In this document: positions 40,200-51,605 of the stretch, piece by piece
Numbering within the stretch: position 1 is the first letter of the stretch
How the letters are laid out: the number at the start of each line of letters is the position of its first letter
Origin: Octopus sinensis
Taxonomy: Eukaryota
Length of the DNA stretch: 64,000 nucleotides
NCBI RefSeq assembly: GCF_006345805.1
Contig: NC_043007.1
Span: 69,688,001 to 69,752,000 of the forward strand
Reading direction: 5' to 3'
Program-made: the position numbers and the translations under genes
The notes under the pieces: model-generated
What the model was told of the DNA's origin: nothing
Seen by the model: the letters and a program-made list of their open reading frames with translations, nothing else
The model's database searches: none

Positions 40200-40699
40200 C
40201 AAACTCTTGAGATGCCTGCTTTTGGTGTCATATTGAAATTGAGGATGAAAAATGTATCTATTTTTTGCAATCACAATAAAAGGTGTCAGTACCTTCTTTC
40301 AGGCCAGATTCAGAACTCATTGTGAAACAAAGGCAGTTTGAAGAGAAGGTCATATGTGTTTGGTGCAATTTCAAGGGAGTGTTGTACACTTCGACCATAT
40401 CCCAAATGGTCATGCTGTGGACAATAACTTTTATGCTCAACAACTGCTATATGTATAGGTCAATTGAAGGTGTGTGCTCCTACAGCATGACAAAGCCCCA
40501 GCACACACTACCAAAGTGACCAAGTGCAAACCTGAGGAACTTGAGGGGCTGGAAGTGCTGCCTTACACTGCCTACTGTCCTGACCTTGCACCATCAGATA
40601 ATTACCTTTTTCAAACCATGGATTATTTATTTGAACTATTAATTAAAACTTGAAATGCAAAAACTGTTTTGACTCAACCTGTATATACAATTTCTGAGG

Positions 40700-40990
40700 T
40701 CTCTTTTCATGGTGTTAGCATAGGTTTGATGTCAAGACTAAAATGCATATAGCTACTCTGGGGGTGCAGGAGGTTAGGGGTAAAATAATTGTGGTATCAT
40801 CTGCATAGGTGCAGCTGCAATAAAGACTAATACTTTGCTGTTGTGTATAAAGAAGAGTGAGGCAGACAAAACTGAACCTTGGAGCACACCAGAGATAATA
40901 AAGTGTGTGTGTCAGAGAGAGCTCTGTTAGTTTACACAGTAAATGTGTGATCTGGCAGGATTAAACAATTATCAGTGAAAGTTAATTCTT
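40700..40990 (-). mobile_element. CR1/L2-type LINE RT fragment
   Basis: Minus strand SGVLQGSVLSASLFFIH, then TYADDTTI after a frameshift. Confidence 0.75.
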
Positions 40991-42247
40991 TCAATCAATG
41001 TGCTACAATCATCTCTAGATGATACTGCATGAATGTGAAATAAGAATAGACAGTTAATGTAAATTTATTTAACAAATTATATTAAAAATGTAAATATATC
41101 AAGTAAAAATCATTAAAAAACTGAATAAAAATTTGAATGAATTTAAAATAAATGAAAATTTGAATTAATTTAAAATATTATTTAAAATAAAACAGTTCAT
41201 TATAATTAATATTTCTAATAATAATAATATAAAATTAGATAATTATAAGTTGCTTTTAATATCTAAAAATTCTAAATAATATAATTAATACATTTTGATG
41301 TATGGACAACTATTAATATTATGATGAAGTAATCCATAATATGATTAAGCTGCCCAGAAAACCAATTCAAACTTTTGGTAACAGAAAGTAAAAGAACATT
41401 CCCACCTTCACTATTTTTTTAAAAATAATAATTGGACAAATAATTCTTTAAGTATGAATTATATGAAAGTATATTAACAAGTTACTTTAATAAGATACTG
41501 ACATACATTAAAAAAAAATTTTTTTTTTAAATTAAAAAGGGTTTACTTATTTAGGAGATCATTGATGGAAATGAAAGGAAACATGAAACAAAAAAAAGAA
41601 CAAAAAACAAAAAGAAACAAAAAAGAAACAAGATGGTGTGAGGTGCTGGCTTTTAGTGACTAAACATCAAATATAAACTGTTTACAGTTATTTAACTAAA
41701 TAAATCTATATGTTTAATTCTAAACTTTTACTTGAAGTAGATTGATTTTTATATGCAGTCATAACCATATACTTTTGCTAATCCAAACAAGAATAAAAAT
41801 GTCAAGGAATTTAGTTTTAAGAATATAGAGAAAAAAAACAGTAGCAAAGATTCTTAATTTTATGTAGTTTTACTAAGGTAGTTAATCAGAGCCTCATCCT
41901 TTGTGAACAAATAACAAAGAATTATGAAAGTGTTCTTTTATCACAACATTAAAACAAACTCCAATATTTGTTAAAGCAAATGTATTTCGATAAAGCAAAA
42001 ATGTGAGATGAATATGCTTGCAAGGAAAGCTGATAAAATTACTTTCTATTAACAGCTTTGTTAACTAAACAAGACTGTCTGTGAATCCGTGATACACATA
42101 TGAACAAAGTTGTGCTACTTGCAACTAGTGAAAAAAAACTATATTTTGTTGGCAAATGTGCAGTTCTTTGAATATGTGATCAATTTTTATTTTTTTTAAA
42201 TGGAGACAGAGAAAAATTCTTTTCCTGTCTTAGAAAATCATAAACAC

Positions 42248-42409
42248 CTTGGCTGGAACCATTTCTTGAAGTCTGAAAGAGTTTGCGGAGGTGGTTTAGC
42301 CTTTTCAGCTCTAGTTGGTGACCCCGCACAATATTTTTGTTCTGTTGTCTTACTCTTCAGTTTCCTTGATGGACAGGCTGGTAAACGGTTTGATGAAAGA
42401 CATGAAGCA
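42248..42409 (-). CDS. 162-nt phase 2-2 coding exon of unidentified gene
   Basis: Acceptor cacttttacccacAG and donor AAG|GTgttt. Open frame ASCLSSNRLPACPSRKLKSKTTEQKYCAGSPTRAEKAKPPPQTLSDFKKWFQP. The sequence is non-repetitive, GC-richer than its flanks and retains CpGs. Protein family not recognised. Confidence 0.65.
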
Positions 42410-43538
42410 CTGTGGGTAAAAGTGATGGTTTTATGATGGATTAAAATGTGTGTTTAACCACCATCAGTAAGCTGTTGGAAATGCCCTAGACATTTTCATA
42501 AACAAGTAGTTTTTCTTTCTTTTAGAATAGAATCCTACAACATTTAAATTAAAATTATTTAAATCCCTTAAGTAGTTTTAAGAGAATCTAAAATTATACT
42601 TTAAAAGTAACATTAATATAAGAGAAAAATTAATCAAAAAGATTGTAGCTATCTTAATTTTGTGTATAATGCATAAAAATAAGCTAGTCTCTACAATTTG
42701 GAAGCAAAACTGTTATAAATTATGATTTTTATCAAAATCACTTTGTTGAAATTTATTACAAAAAAATTTGAATTGCTGTTTTACTGCATTTTATTTATTA
42801 GTTAAGTTTCTTTAAAATTAACTTTTTGCAGGGGAAATTTACGGCAGAAATAAAGCAAAACTAAATTATTTTGTGGTTAAGTTTCTTTATTATATATTTT
42901 AAAATTATTAAACAAGTTTTGAAAAATAAAAAAAGAATAACTAATAAAATAATTTATCAACTTTGTATTACACTAGTAATTGACAAAACATTTTAACAGA
43001 AATATTATAAAGAAGAAAAGGGGAAAAGAACAGGTTTCAAAACTGGTACAAAATATGAATTTACAAAGTTACTAATTCTGGTTTTTAATGTAGCCACAGG
43101 GGAAAACAACAGAAGGAACAGCGAACATCTTTGAGTAAAAACAATGAGCAAGGTACGAAATACAGGTGACTAAAATAACAGAAAATATAGGGTCTTAAGT
43201 GCAATAGAATTGATGCTGTGGAACACACACACACACATACATACACACAGACACAGGCAAACTCAACTAAATACTTTTAAACAAGGTATAGTTATTTATT
43301 AATGATTTCAATGGCTTCAGACTGAAATATCTATTAGAATATAAAGGTACAAAACATAAAATACAATATTAAGACTAAAGAGGAAATTTAGAGACACATT
43401 CCACTTATCCCTATTATTGTTGCTCAATATGGAATAAACTTTGCTGGCTGGTGTCATTATGTAAGCCATATCAAATGCTATAGTTGGAGATTTCTGAACC
43501 CGATAGGGAATGAAGACCATTCAACTAAGTCAATATTC

Positions 43539-43905
43539 CAGTTCTATATTTAAGAGATGAGGAATTATGTACATTATTTACATTTGACAGATATTTGTCC
43601 TCATTTTAGATTTATATTAGATTTATAAGCCCTAAAAAAAAATATTACATTTATAAGCCCTAAAATTCACTCCATAACTGCCCACGGGCATATGGCGTAG
43701 TGGTTAAGAGCACGGGCTACAAACCCCAAGATCCTGAGTTCAATTCAATAATAACAACATTGAAAAATACCTTAGAAATGAGAACATAGGTTTGAAATTT
43801 CCCCAGGACATCTGAAGAAGGCTGGAGGGCATATCAACTGAAACGTTGTGATAGCAACAAACAAGATGAGGACAAATATCCGTCGAATGTAAATAATGTA
43901 AATTG
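43539..43905 (+). mobile_element. Composite element: inverted 3'-tail fragment (43539-43604), tRNA-like Pol III head (43686-43746) and hammerhead-bearing Penelope-type repeat
   Basis: A-box tggcgtagtgg at 43693-703 and B-box gagttcaattc at 43736-46. Hammerhead motif at 43807-52. The 3' tail 43866-900 is the reverse complement of 43570-604 (33/35). Confidence 0.75.
43807..43852 (+). ncRNA. Decayed minimal type I hammerhead motif (same family as 40118-40163)
   Basis: GACAU CUGAAGA A GGCUG-gagggcauau-CAACU GAAA CGU U GUGAU. The core is intact, and stems I and II each carry one mismatch plus wobbles. Confidence 0.6.
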
Positions 43906-44401
43906 ATGATATTAGCAGAGATATACAACATGAAAGGGAGGAATACCAAAATTTATACAGGACAGAGATTCCAGGTGCAGCATGGTGAGGTTATGTTTAT
44001 AGAAATTTCCTTCTTGTTCTCATTGCTATTGAGACAATATGACCAACTACAGAATCAGCTTTTACTCTTTCATTCAAACAACTTCTTGTCTTAACATAAC
44101 TCTGATACCCACCAATGAAATTTACTCCAGATATACACTGTATGTTGATTTCATCTACATTATTGCCCTGATGTCATGGATGCCCAGATGTCAATACTAT
44201 TTCTTTAAAATTTTTCTATATTCCTAAATTAAATGTTGCAAATCAACCTCTCATTAACATTCAAGTACAATTTTTAATATATATATCACAAACTACACAG
44301 GGAGTGGAGATGCATTTGAAATATAAAATTAACTCTAGAACTAATTAGGTTTCTTATATAACATTAATTTATGCATAAGCTCTAGCAATTCAATAATCTT
44401 G

Positions 44402-44447
<46 letters not shown>

Positions 44448-44582
44448 ATTAGGGCTTAGTAAAATAAATTACTTTGCCACATACTGAACTTAGTAGAAAT
44501 AGCAGCCAAAAAAATTTTTTTTTTTTTTTTTTGCTGAACACTTGGTGAAATTGATTAATTAATTAATTTTACCCTCAATTGT

Positions 44583-44624
<42 letters not shown>

Positions 44625-44626
44625 AT

Positions 44627-44815
44627 ATATCGTGAAGTATATTTTCCACCTAAATGTGGCTAACCCTTAAGGGTTGATGCTATTGTAGCTCCAGGAAGAC
44701 ATCTCCTCCAGCTGGCTACTGACACACTGTGCCCTATCAGTATTTGCAAATGGTTACAGTAGCATCAACCCTTAAGGGTTAGCCACATTTAGGTGGCAAA
44801 TATACTTCATGATAT
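44627..44815. mobile_element. 189-bp MITE/foldback with 63-bp TIRs, inserted at a (TA)n tract
   Basis: Arms 44627-44689 and 44753-44815 match at 59/63. Each arm contains the palindrome aacccttaagggtt. Confidence 0.9.
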
Positions 44816-46989
44816 TGTGCAGCTACTGTTTATACCTCACTCAGAGATTTATTATATCTCAGTATGCATTAAATGTTATATCATGGTGTTCTATGAGAAA
44901 AATGGTCAATGCTTGGGCAGAAAGAGAGTGGGGGTACAATTAAGAATATAGTAGATAACTATATAGTAGATAAAAGTGAGCAAAACAACTTTATAAATTG
45001 AATGAATTTTATATGATTTCCTAATTACCAGACAGAATCTTGAATTTGTTCTCAATAACGTAGATAATGAAAATATTTTAAAATGTCTTTCCATTAAGTT
45101 TGTAATTAATTTAGGCATCCTAAATTAAACTGAAGTCAACTTACAGATAAAAAATGCTTCAATCCAAGAAACAAATACCAGTGAAGTACTGTAGTCAATT
45201 TTTATGGATAATTCCATCATCCAAAATGTGTCAATGTAAGAAATTAGTAAGCATTATTATCATTTACTAATTTAATGCTGTTTTTCATTAGTTTTGAAAA
45301 TACAAACAAAAGAAACCTAAAGTCTATATTTAAACTAGGTAAATTTTTATATCTAGTTAGAATATAAAGGAAACACTAAAAGTAAAAGCAGATACGAACA
45401 CTAATTACCAACACTCATTAGAAATAATTAGCAAGTGATTCCTACATAAGATTCAAGTTTTAAAAATTATATTAAATTAATTTTAAATATAAACACACAA
45501 CGATTAATACACTTCATCTCATATTTGCTTCACTCAGTCTAAGAAAGGTAGAGAGATTTAGTTACAGTTATTAGTTCTAACTACATGGCCACTAATATTT
45601 AATTTTAATATCCAGATATGGTCATCTAAGTAGCTCGATGGTAATTGCTATAACAAATATGAACACTAGTTGGTAGTTAGCAGACACTATTTTAATTAAT
45701 TTGCATATTTGACAAATTAATTGATGGTTTTTAATTATTAATTTGGATCCTTAGACTTTCACCAACATGGCATCTAAGTGGATAGGGTGTTAACCACTCT
45801 GAGATGTTAGCAATAATAATAATAGTAGCAGCAGTAGTTATGGTGCTAAAAAACTAATCTTTGGCAAAGATCTAAGTCACTGATGTTTTACTCTTATCTC
45901 CAGCACCAAATGTATGCAAGAAAAACCTTCCCTTAGGATGTTGGTCTACTATAACTAGGTTTCTCATTACAATAATTAAATTCAGTCCAGTAAGAAAATA
46001 AAATACTTGATTTTCAAAAACTAAGGGTGTCTACTGCAGTGAATTAATTCAGTATGTATTAACTTAGAGCCACCTTGCAACAGTGGGGAATCCCTTAGGT
46101 ACATGGCCCGTTGAGTATTCCCATAGGACAGAGACCAGGTGGTGTTGCACATCCAAACCCCTTCAATCCCAAAACCATCCATGAAGCTGAGGTTATATAC
46201 ACCAACTGGATTTTTCAAGGAAACCATATGAAAGAACAAGTGTCTTATCCATGAACTATTTTCCTTTTTTAGCATGTAATGACCATCTAATCAAGACATA
46301 CTTGTTCTTTTCCTCATTTTTTTGTCAAGCTTTTCTGTACAAAAGCATAGGCTTGAAATAGTAAAGACTTTTTCCAATTTCCTGAGCATCAACCTAATAC
46401 ATCCTGTTTGTTTGTTTTTTACCTCATCTTTCTGCTATTTTTTTTTTTTGTACCACATGCTATGTATCATGAGCGATAGGGTACAAATTGTTGCCCTTCT
46501 GCATCCCCAGCCTGCACTATTGACTTGGTCGTCTACTGAAGTGACTTTTGTTTGAAACAATGATGATAATTTCGATTTTAGGGACAATATCACAAACTTA
46601 ACCATAGAGAAATGGAAATTTTGTGAAATTTATAATCTCAGAGAGATTAGATGAACTTATATCCAAAAATCAAAACTGGGAAATGTAATCATAGACCATT
46701 TTTGTTTTTTTAACAAAGAGCTTACCTTAAAAATAACAAATGCTATAAATGAATTTGAGGCATTTGAGAGAGACTAAATTGCCTTGCCTGAGATTAGTAG
46801 AGCAGTAGGAAGCAAACTAATGATCCAAGAGATAGGATCCATTGTCCTACTTATTTGTTCATTGCAACAGAAGAAATACTATTTATAAAGGCCAACAGAC
46901 ATGAACAAACCAGCGTGGGATTAAATTAACAAAGTGTATGGCTGTCAAACTGAATATATACTAGCTTTATTTTCTCTAAATCACTTCTT

Positions 46990-47285
46990 TGATGCATGGC
47001 TTAGTGGATAGGGTATTCGGTTCACAACCATAAGGTTGCAGGTTTGATTCCAAGCAGTGCATTGTGTCCTTGAGCGAGGCACTTTATTCCAGTCCACTCA
47101 GCTGGCAAAAGTGAGATGCACCTGTAATTTGAAGGGTCGGCTTTGTCACATTCTCCTTGAGAACTATGTTATGAGTACGCATGTCTGTGGAGTCCCTAGC
47201 CACTTGCACATTAATTTCATGAGTAGGCTGTTCCATTGACTGAATCAACTGGAACCCTTGTCATAGTAATCAACAGAATACCAGT
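46990..47285 (+). mobile_element. tRNA-derived SINE (family B)
   Basis: A-box tggcttagtgg and B-box ggtttgattcc, with core tgtgtccttgagcgaggcacttt...ccagtccactcagctggcaaaa. Confidence 0.85.
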
Positions 47286-48252
47286 TATATACATATATGT
47301 TTTCTATACTATATAATATATAGTTCATATAATATATACAATACAGGACGGTGAGTTGGCAGAATTGTTAGCATGCTTGACAAAATGCATAGCAGGGTGT
47401 TCTGCTGATTGGACCAGCTGGAAACATCACTGTATCCAACCAAGTACCATTTCTAATTTAGTTAAATACAGGCAAACAAAAACCAGTCATTATTATGTTT
47501 TTTAGCACGAATATCATTAAGTAAAAATCCTTACTGGCTTTATTGATCTTTCAAAATTGTATTCGTAGAATACATATATTTCCATGTTTAATACTAGAAG
47601 TGCTTTGAGACTTATATTTAGAAACTAGTTAATGTTTTTGTTCTCTACAAATATATCTTGGAAATGTGGCTCATGTTTACATCAATGAGCCAGAGGAAAA
47701 ATTGGTTTAGCTTTATGTTGCACTTCTCAAGACCCTGTCAATGATGTTAATAGCTGATTGTAGCTGATAAGATTTCCTTTAATAATTTATTCACATTGAA
47801 GTACAAAATCAATATTTACTTTTCAGGGCTGTGGCAGCAATGAAGATAATTAGAATAAATAACAACAAAACTAGTCAGGCAACAAATAAATACTGAGTAA
47901 GGTGAAGTGAAAATTGGTGCCATTAACAGGGGTTAAATTTTTTCATGTAGAGTAGTACACACACACTATAGTACGTGTGCAGATGTGCTGTGTGTACATA
48001 TGCTCTAAGGGGAGGTTGCATGTAAATAAAGCCAGTATGCTAATTAAGTTGGTTAATGAAAGTTTTCCATAAAATATAGCTAATACAACTAATGAACACA
48101 CCAATGTGTGTGGTTCTGGAACCCCACCCCATGTTTATTGTAACTACTGATGATATTCTTTCATTTCTAAAAGATGGTATTTCTTGAAGACTATCTTATT
48201 TGAATAAATATTTTGTGAATTCTACTGAGACATATTGTTTTAGTAATGTTAC

Positions 48253-48335
48253 CCAGCAGAGTCTTCAGGTTTAGCCAATAATATTGATACCAGTAATTCA
48301 GTTTAGTAGTGGTTTGATTGATCTCTGTTGAATTC
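48253..48335 (-). CDS. Candidate 83-nt exon (phase 2 to 1) of unidentified minus-strand gene
   Basis: Acceptor tttctttgtcatgtaacttAG and donor GG|GTaaca. Single open frame NSTEINQTTTKLNYWYQYYWLNLKTLL. It needs an intervening exon to join 42409 in frame. Confidence 0.3.
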
Positions 48336-48742
48336 CTAAGTTACATGACAAAGAAACATAATACATACATGTAAAATGAGCATCAGCACAGTTTCTCTCT
48401 ACCAAATTCCAATCTCAAGGCACTGGTAACTTGCCCAAGATGATGCTGTGCAATCAGACTGAAATCTTCAGAATGATGTTTTATAAAATATCTCTCAAGA
48501 AATTTAAGCAACAGGACAATATTTACAGTTGAAAGATCTAATCATATTACGACTATACCAGAGAACTCTTTATGACATATTAATTGATTATCATTTTATA
48601 CTTTACGGAGATGTACTTGCATAGCAAGTGACTTGATCTGAGATCGTGTGCTGGAACGAAAACAATTTCAGCGTGGAAGGTGTTTATAAGCCATTTAAGA
48701 AACACACAAAACCATTAGATTCACTTCAACATATAAGTTTAA

Positions 48743-48793
48743 TTTGTCAAAATATTTTCGTCGCTTTGAGACCGCGACCTGTTCACTGACAAA
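48743..48793 (-). ncRNA. Minimal type I hammerhead variant with G3-C8 core swap
   Basis: UUUGUCA GUGAACA G GUCGC-ggucucaaa-GCGAC GAAA AUAU U U UGACAAA. Stem I is a perfect 7 bp, stem II a perfect 5 bp, stem III the palindrome AAUAUU, and the triplet is UUU. Confidence 0.75.
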
Positions 48794-48811
48794 ACTTCAT
48801 GCTGCATCTGT

Positions 48812-48862
48812 TTTGTCAGTGAACAGGTTGCGGTCTCAAAGCGACGAAAATATTTTGACAAA
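48812..48862 (+). ncRNA. Minimal type I hammerhead variant with G3-C8 core swap
   Basis: Same as the minus copy except stem II is GUUGC/GCGAC (one U-G wobble). Confidence 0.75.
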
Positions 48863-50424
48863 TTAAATTTAAATGTTGAAGTGAATCTAACAGTTTTGTG
48901 TGTTTCTTAAATGGCTTATAAACACTTTCCATGCTGCAATTGTTATTTTATACTTTACTGGCTTAAAAGCTGCACTCCATGCAGACTTTTTTAAGCTAGC
49001 TTCTACAGAGGACTAATTGAGCCTGTAGCCCAAAACTAAGAGATAAATAGCATGACTATAATACATCTATAATGAATATATGCCCCGATGGTGCTTGATC
49101 AGAGGTTAAGGATGGATGAGAATTAATTCTGCAATGCAATCATTTTATTGTTCCAATCCTAAGTTGAATTCCAACTGTTGGCCAATTTGTCTCAAAGTTA
49201 TTATCTCGACATAAAATCAATGAAGTAAATGTTATTTATCTCACCCTTGATCTGTGACATCATCTGACAAACACTACTAAAATGGTGTGAATAAGCCAAG
49301 CTTTAACTGCTAGAAATAGCAACCCAAATGCTTTTAAATCAGATCCCAATGCTGGATGTTCAAGAACCATTAAAGGGCAAATTTTCAAACATGGGATCAT
49401 TCTCATTACAAAAAGGCATATGTCTACATAGAGTAAATGTAGGCTGAGATACAGGACTCCCAGATGGACAGATAGAACTTTACTTCTATTATTATAGATA
49501 TTAAAAAATATTTATCAAAAATTGCTTAATTTGATCTCTAATGAAAAAAGATAATCATCTTTTAGCTTTGGCTGACAGTCATCCCTGCTTTTAATACTAT
49601 TTTAATTTTTCAATGAAATCACAAAGCATCTTGGATTAACACCAACCATAGCTATACTACAACACTTAAATAGCCCCCAATAAATTTCTTAAAAGTTAGG
49701 AAAAAAGATTTAATTGAAGCTTAATTAATTAGTGTCAGTGATTTTAAAAATTTTCTTGTGAGACATCTCTTGTAATGTCAATAAACTATTCTACTCATTT
49801 TTACCCTAGTTCAGACACTGAAGCTAAATATCACCAACCAGGGAACCACTTTCATTATATTTCAATCCATCTAATAGTAAATACATACTCTAACAACCAA
49901 TGACAGCTCTAGAAAGCAAACTTATTTGATGAAAGCCTCATAACTTTTGCCTTCTCTCTCTGTAATAGGTTCACTTGATCAGTTATTTTAAAAATTCATG
50001 AAAATTGCAGATTTTCATCGAATAAGAAAAAAGAAGATTCTTGCAAAAACAAATCAAAATTTGAAAAGACAAATTTATCTAATTGATACTAAATTATCAA
50101 ATCTCTGAAGGCAGAAGGAATGCAAACCAAAATCAGAAGACTGTCAGTCATTTGTACAAATAAGTAAACCATAACAAAAATGTATTGGATATCATATACC
50201 CCAGAAAATGTAAAAAAAATTAAAATTTATAAAATCTACCCTTACTTTGATCTATTTTGAATAGCCTGGTTAAAATTAAACCAAAACAGAAGTCAAACAT
50301 TATTTAGATGTTAGATACTGAGTCTAACTAAGAATATTCAGTATGAAAACATATTGCAATATCTATAATGAATGTTGATTACCAAAAATATTTAACTCTC
50401 ATTCTTAATAGTATAATTAAGAAG

Positions 50425-50770
50425 GATGGACACAATCATTAGAGTTCTGAGTTCAATTCTTCCTGAAGTCAACTTTGCCTTTCATCGTTTCAAGATCAAT
50501 AAAATTAACTGCCAGTCTCATATTAGAGCTGTTGGTATTAATCCTCATCAATTATTCAGCTTTGTGCCAATGCTAAAGAACAGCAGGGTGGAAGAATGGA
50601 AGAAGCATTATTGTCAGACAAATGTTTGACAGTATTTGTTTTGACATTTCACTGAGTTCAAATGCTGTCTAGGACAGATTTGCTTCCTGCTCCTTCCAAA
50701 GTTGATAAAGTATCAATCAAGTACTGAGGTTGATATAATCAACTATCCTGTCACCCAACAAAAAAAATTT
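50425..50770 (+). mobile_element. Two adjacent decayed family C SINEs
   Basis: gttctgagttcaattcttcctgaagtcaactttgcctttcatc (~50445) and gagttcaaatgctg...gttgataaagtatcaatcaagtactg (~50655). Confidence 0.65.
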
Positions 50771-51399
50771 CATAATTGTACCTGCGTTACAAAAAAATTT
50801 ACAATGGTATTGTATTAACAATCAACCAAATGAGGCAACATTGTAAATTCAAATTTACTGCACCAAGTCTAACTTCTACAAGTGATAATAATTCCATGTT
50901 TGGTATATTCAGTGCTGTTTTTCAGAAGTTGATTTTTGTCTCATGAAAAACTATTTGCTAGAAAACAGTAATTTAGATCTTTGATTGGCAGCAATGATTT
51001 CTTTTTACCTTTTTTTCACAGAAAATAATTAGTAAGTAGAAAACAATTTGCTAACAACTAATTAAAGAATTTTGTTACATTGCTAATGAATATATGAACA
51101 TTAAAAAATTGACACAAAAGTGTGCATGTGTGTGTGTGTGTATATGTATATATTATACACTATATATATACACATACATACACATAAATGTGGTTGGTAA
51201 CCATTATTCAGTGAAGCATTCAGCCATTTAATAAACTAAGCTACTTATTCCTGAATTAACTTTCAAATGGCCAAGTGTCCTACAGACAAATGAATCATTA
51301 ATGAAATTCTCAGATAGAATCAGCATGATACAGCACACAAGGCTGAATCAGCACAACACACTTCTACATACTTCCCATCAATTCTGTTTCATTGATCTG

Positions 51400-51605
51400 A
51401 AGCTATGGAAAGTAACATTTACCCGACATGCTGCAGACTGGAATGAAATCCAAAATCTTATGGCTGTGAAGTGACCATCTTAACATTTTGACCATGCTGC
51501 ACCTAGTATCATCACCATTTAATCTCCCCTTTTCCATGCTGGCACGAGTTGGATGTACTGGGCAGTTTTTTTTACATGGCACCAGCACTGGTGAGGTTGC
51601 CAAGT
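51400..51605 (-). mobile_element. SINE fragments (tRNA head and RTE-like tail)
   Basis: atcatcaccatttaatctccccttttccatgctggcacgagttggatg, the reverse of the family tail. Confidence 0.55.

Larger units (their letters stand above)
39775..40625 (+). mobile_element. Decayed mariner element interrupted by a hammerhead-bearing insertion
   Basis: KNRMSARTVTKEISSVEGRETVSKCVEQNWF before the insert. After it, LQHDKAPAHTTKVT and LEVLPYTAYCPDLAPSDNYLFQ. Confidence 0.85.
48607..48944. mobile_element. 338-bp foldback element (135-bp arms, 14-nt loop, 54-bp unpaired left extension) with 14-bp TSD
   Basis: Arms at 48661-48795 and 48810-48944. Direct repeat attttatactttac at 48593-606 and 48945-958. The element is CpG-rich and therefore probably young. 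Confidence 0.92.

Noticed and set aside
43686-43746. tRNA gene
   Set aside because: It has A/B boxes but no complete cloverleaf or acceptor stem, and it is embedded in a repeat, so it was treated as a SINE-type head.
51022-51031. Plus-strand 10-nt microexon (polyY-cacAG|AAAATAATTA|GTAAGT)
   Set aside because: Not frame-neutral, on the opposite strand to the best exon and unsupported, so it is compatible with chance.
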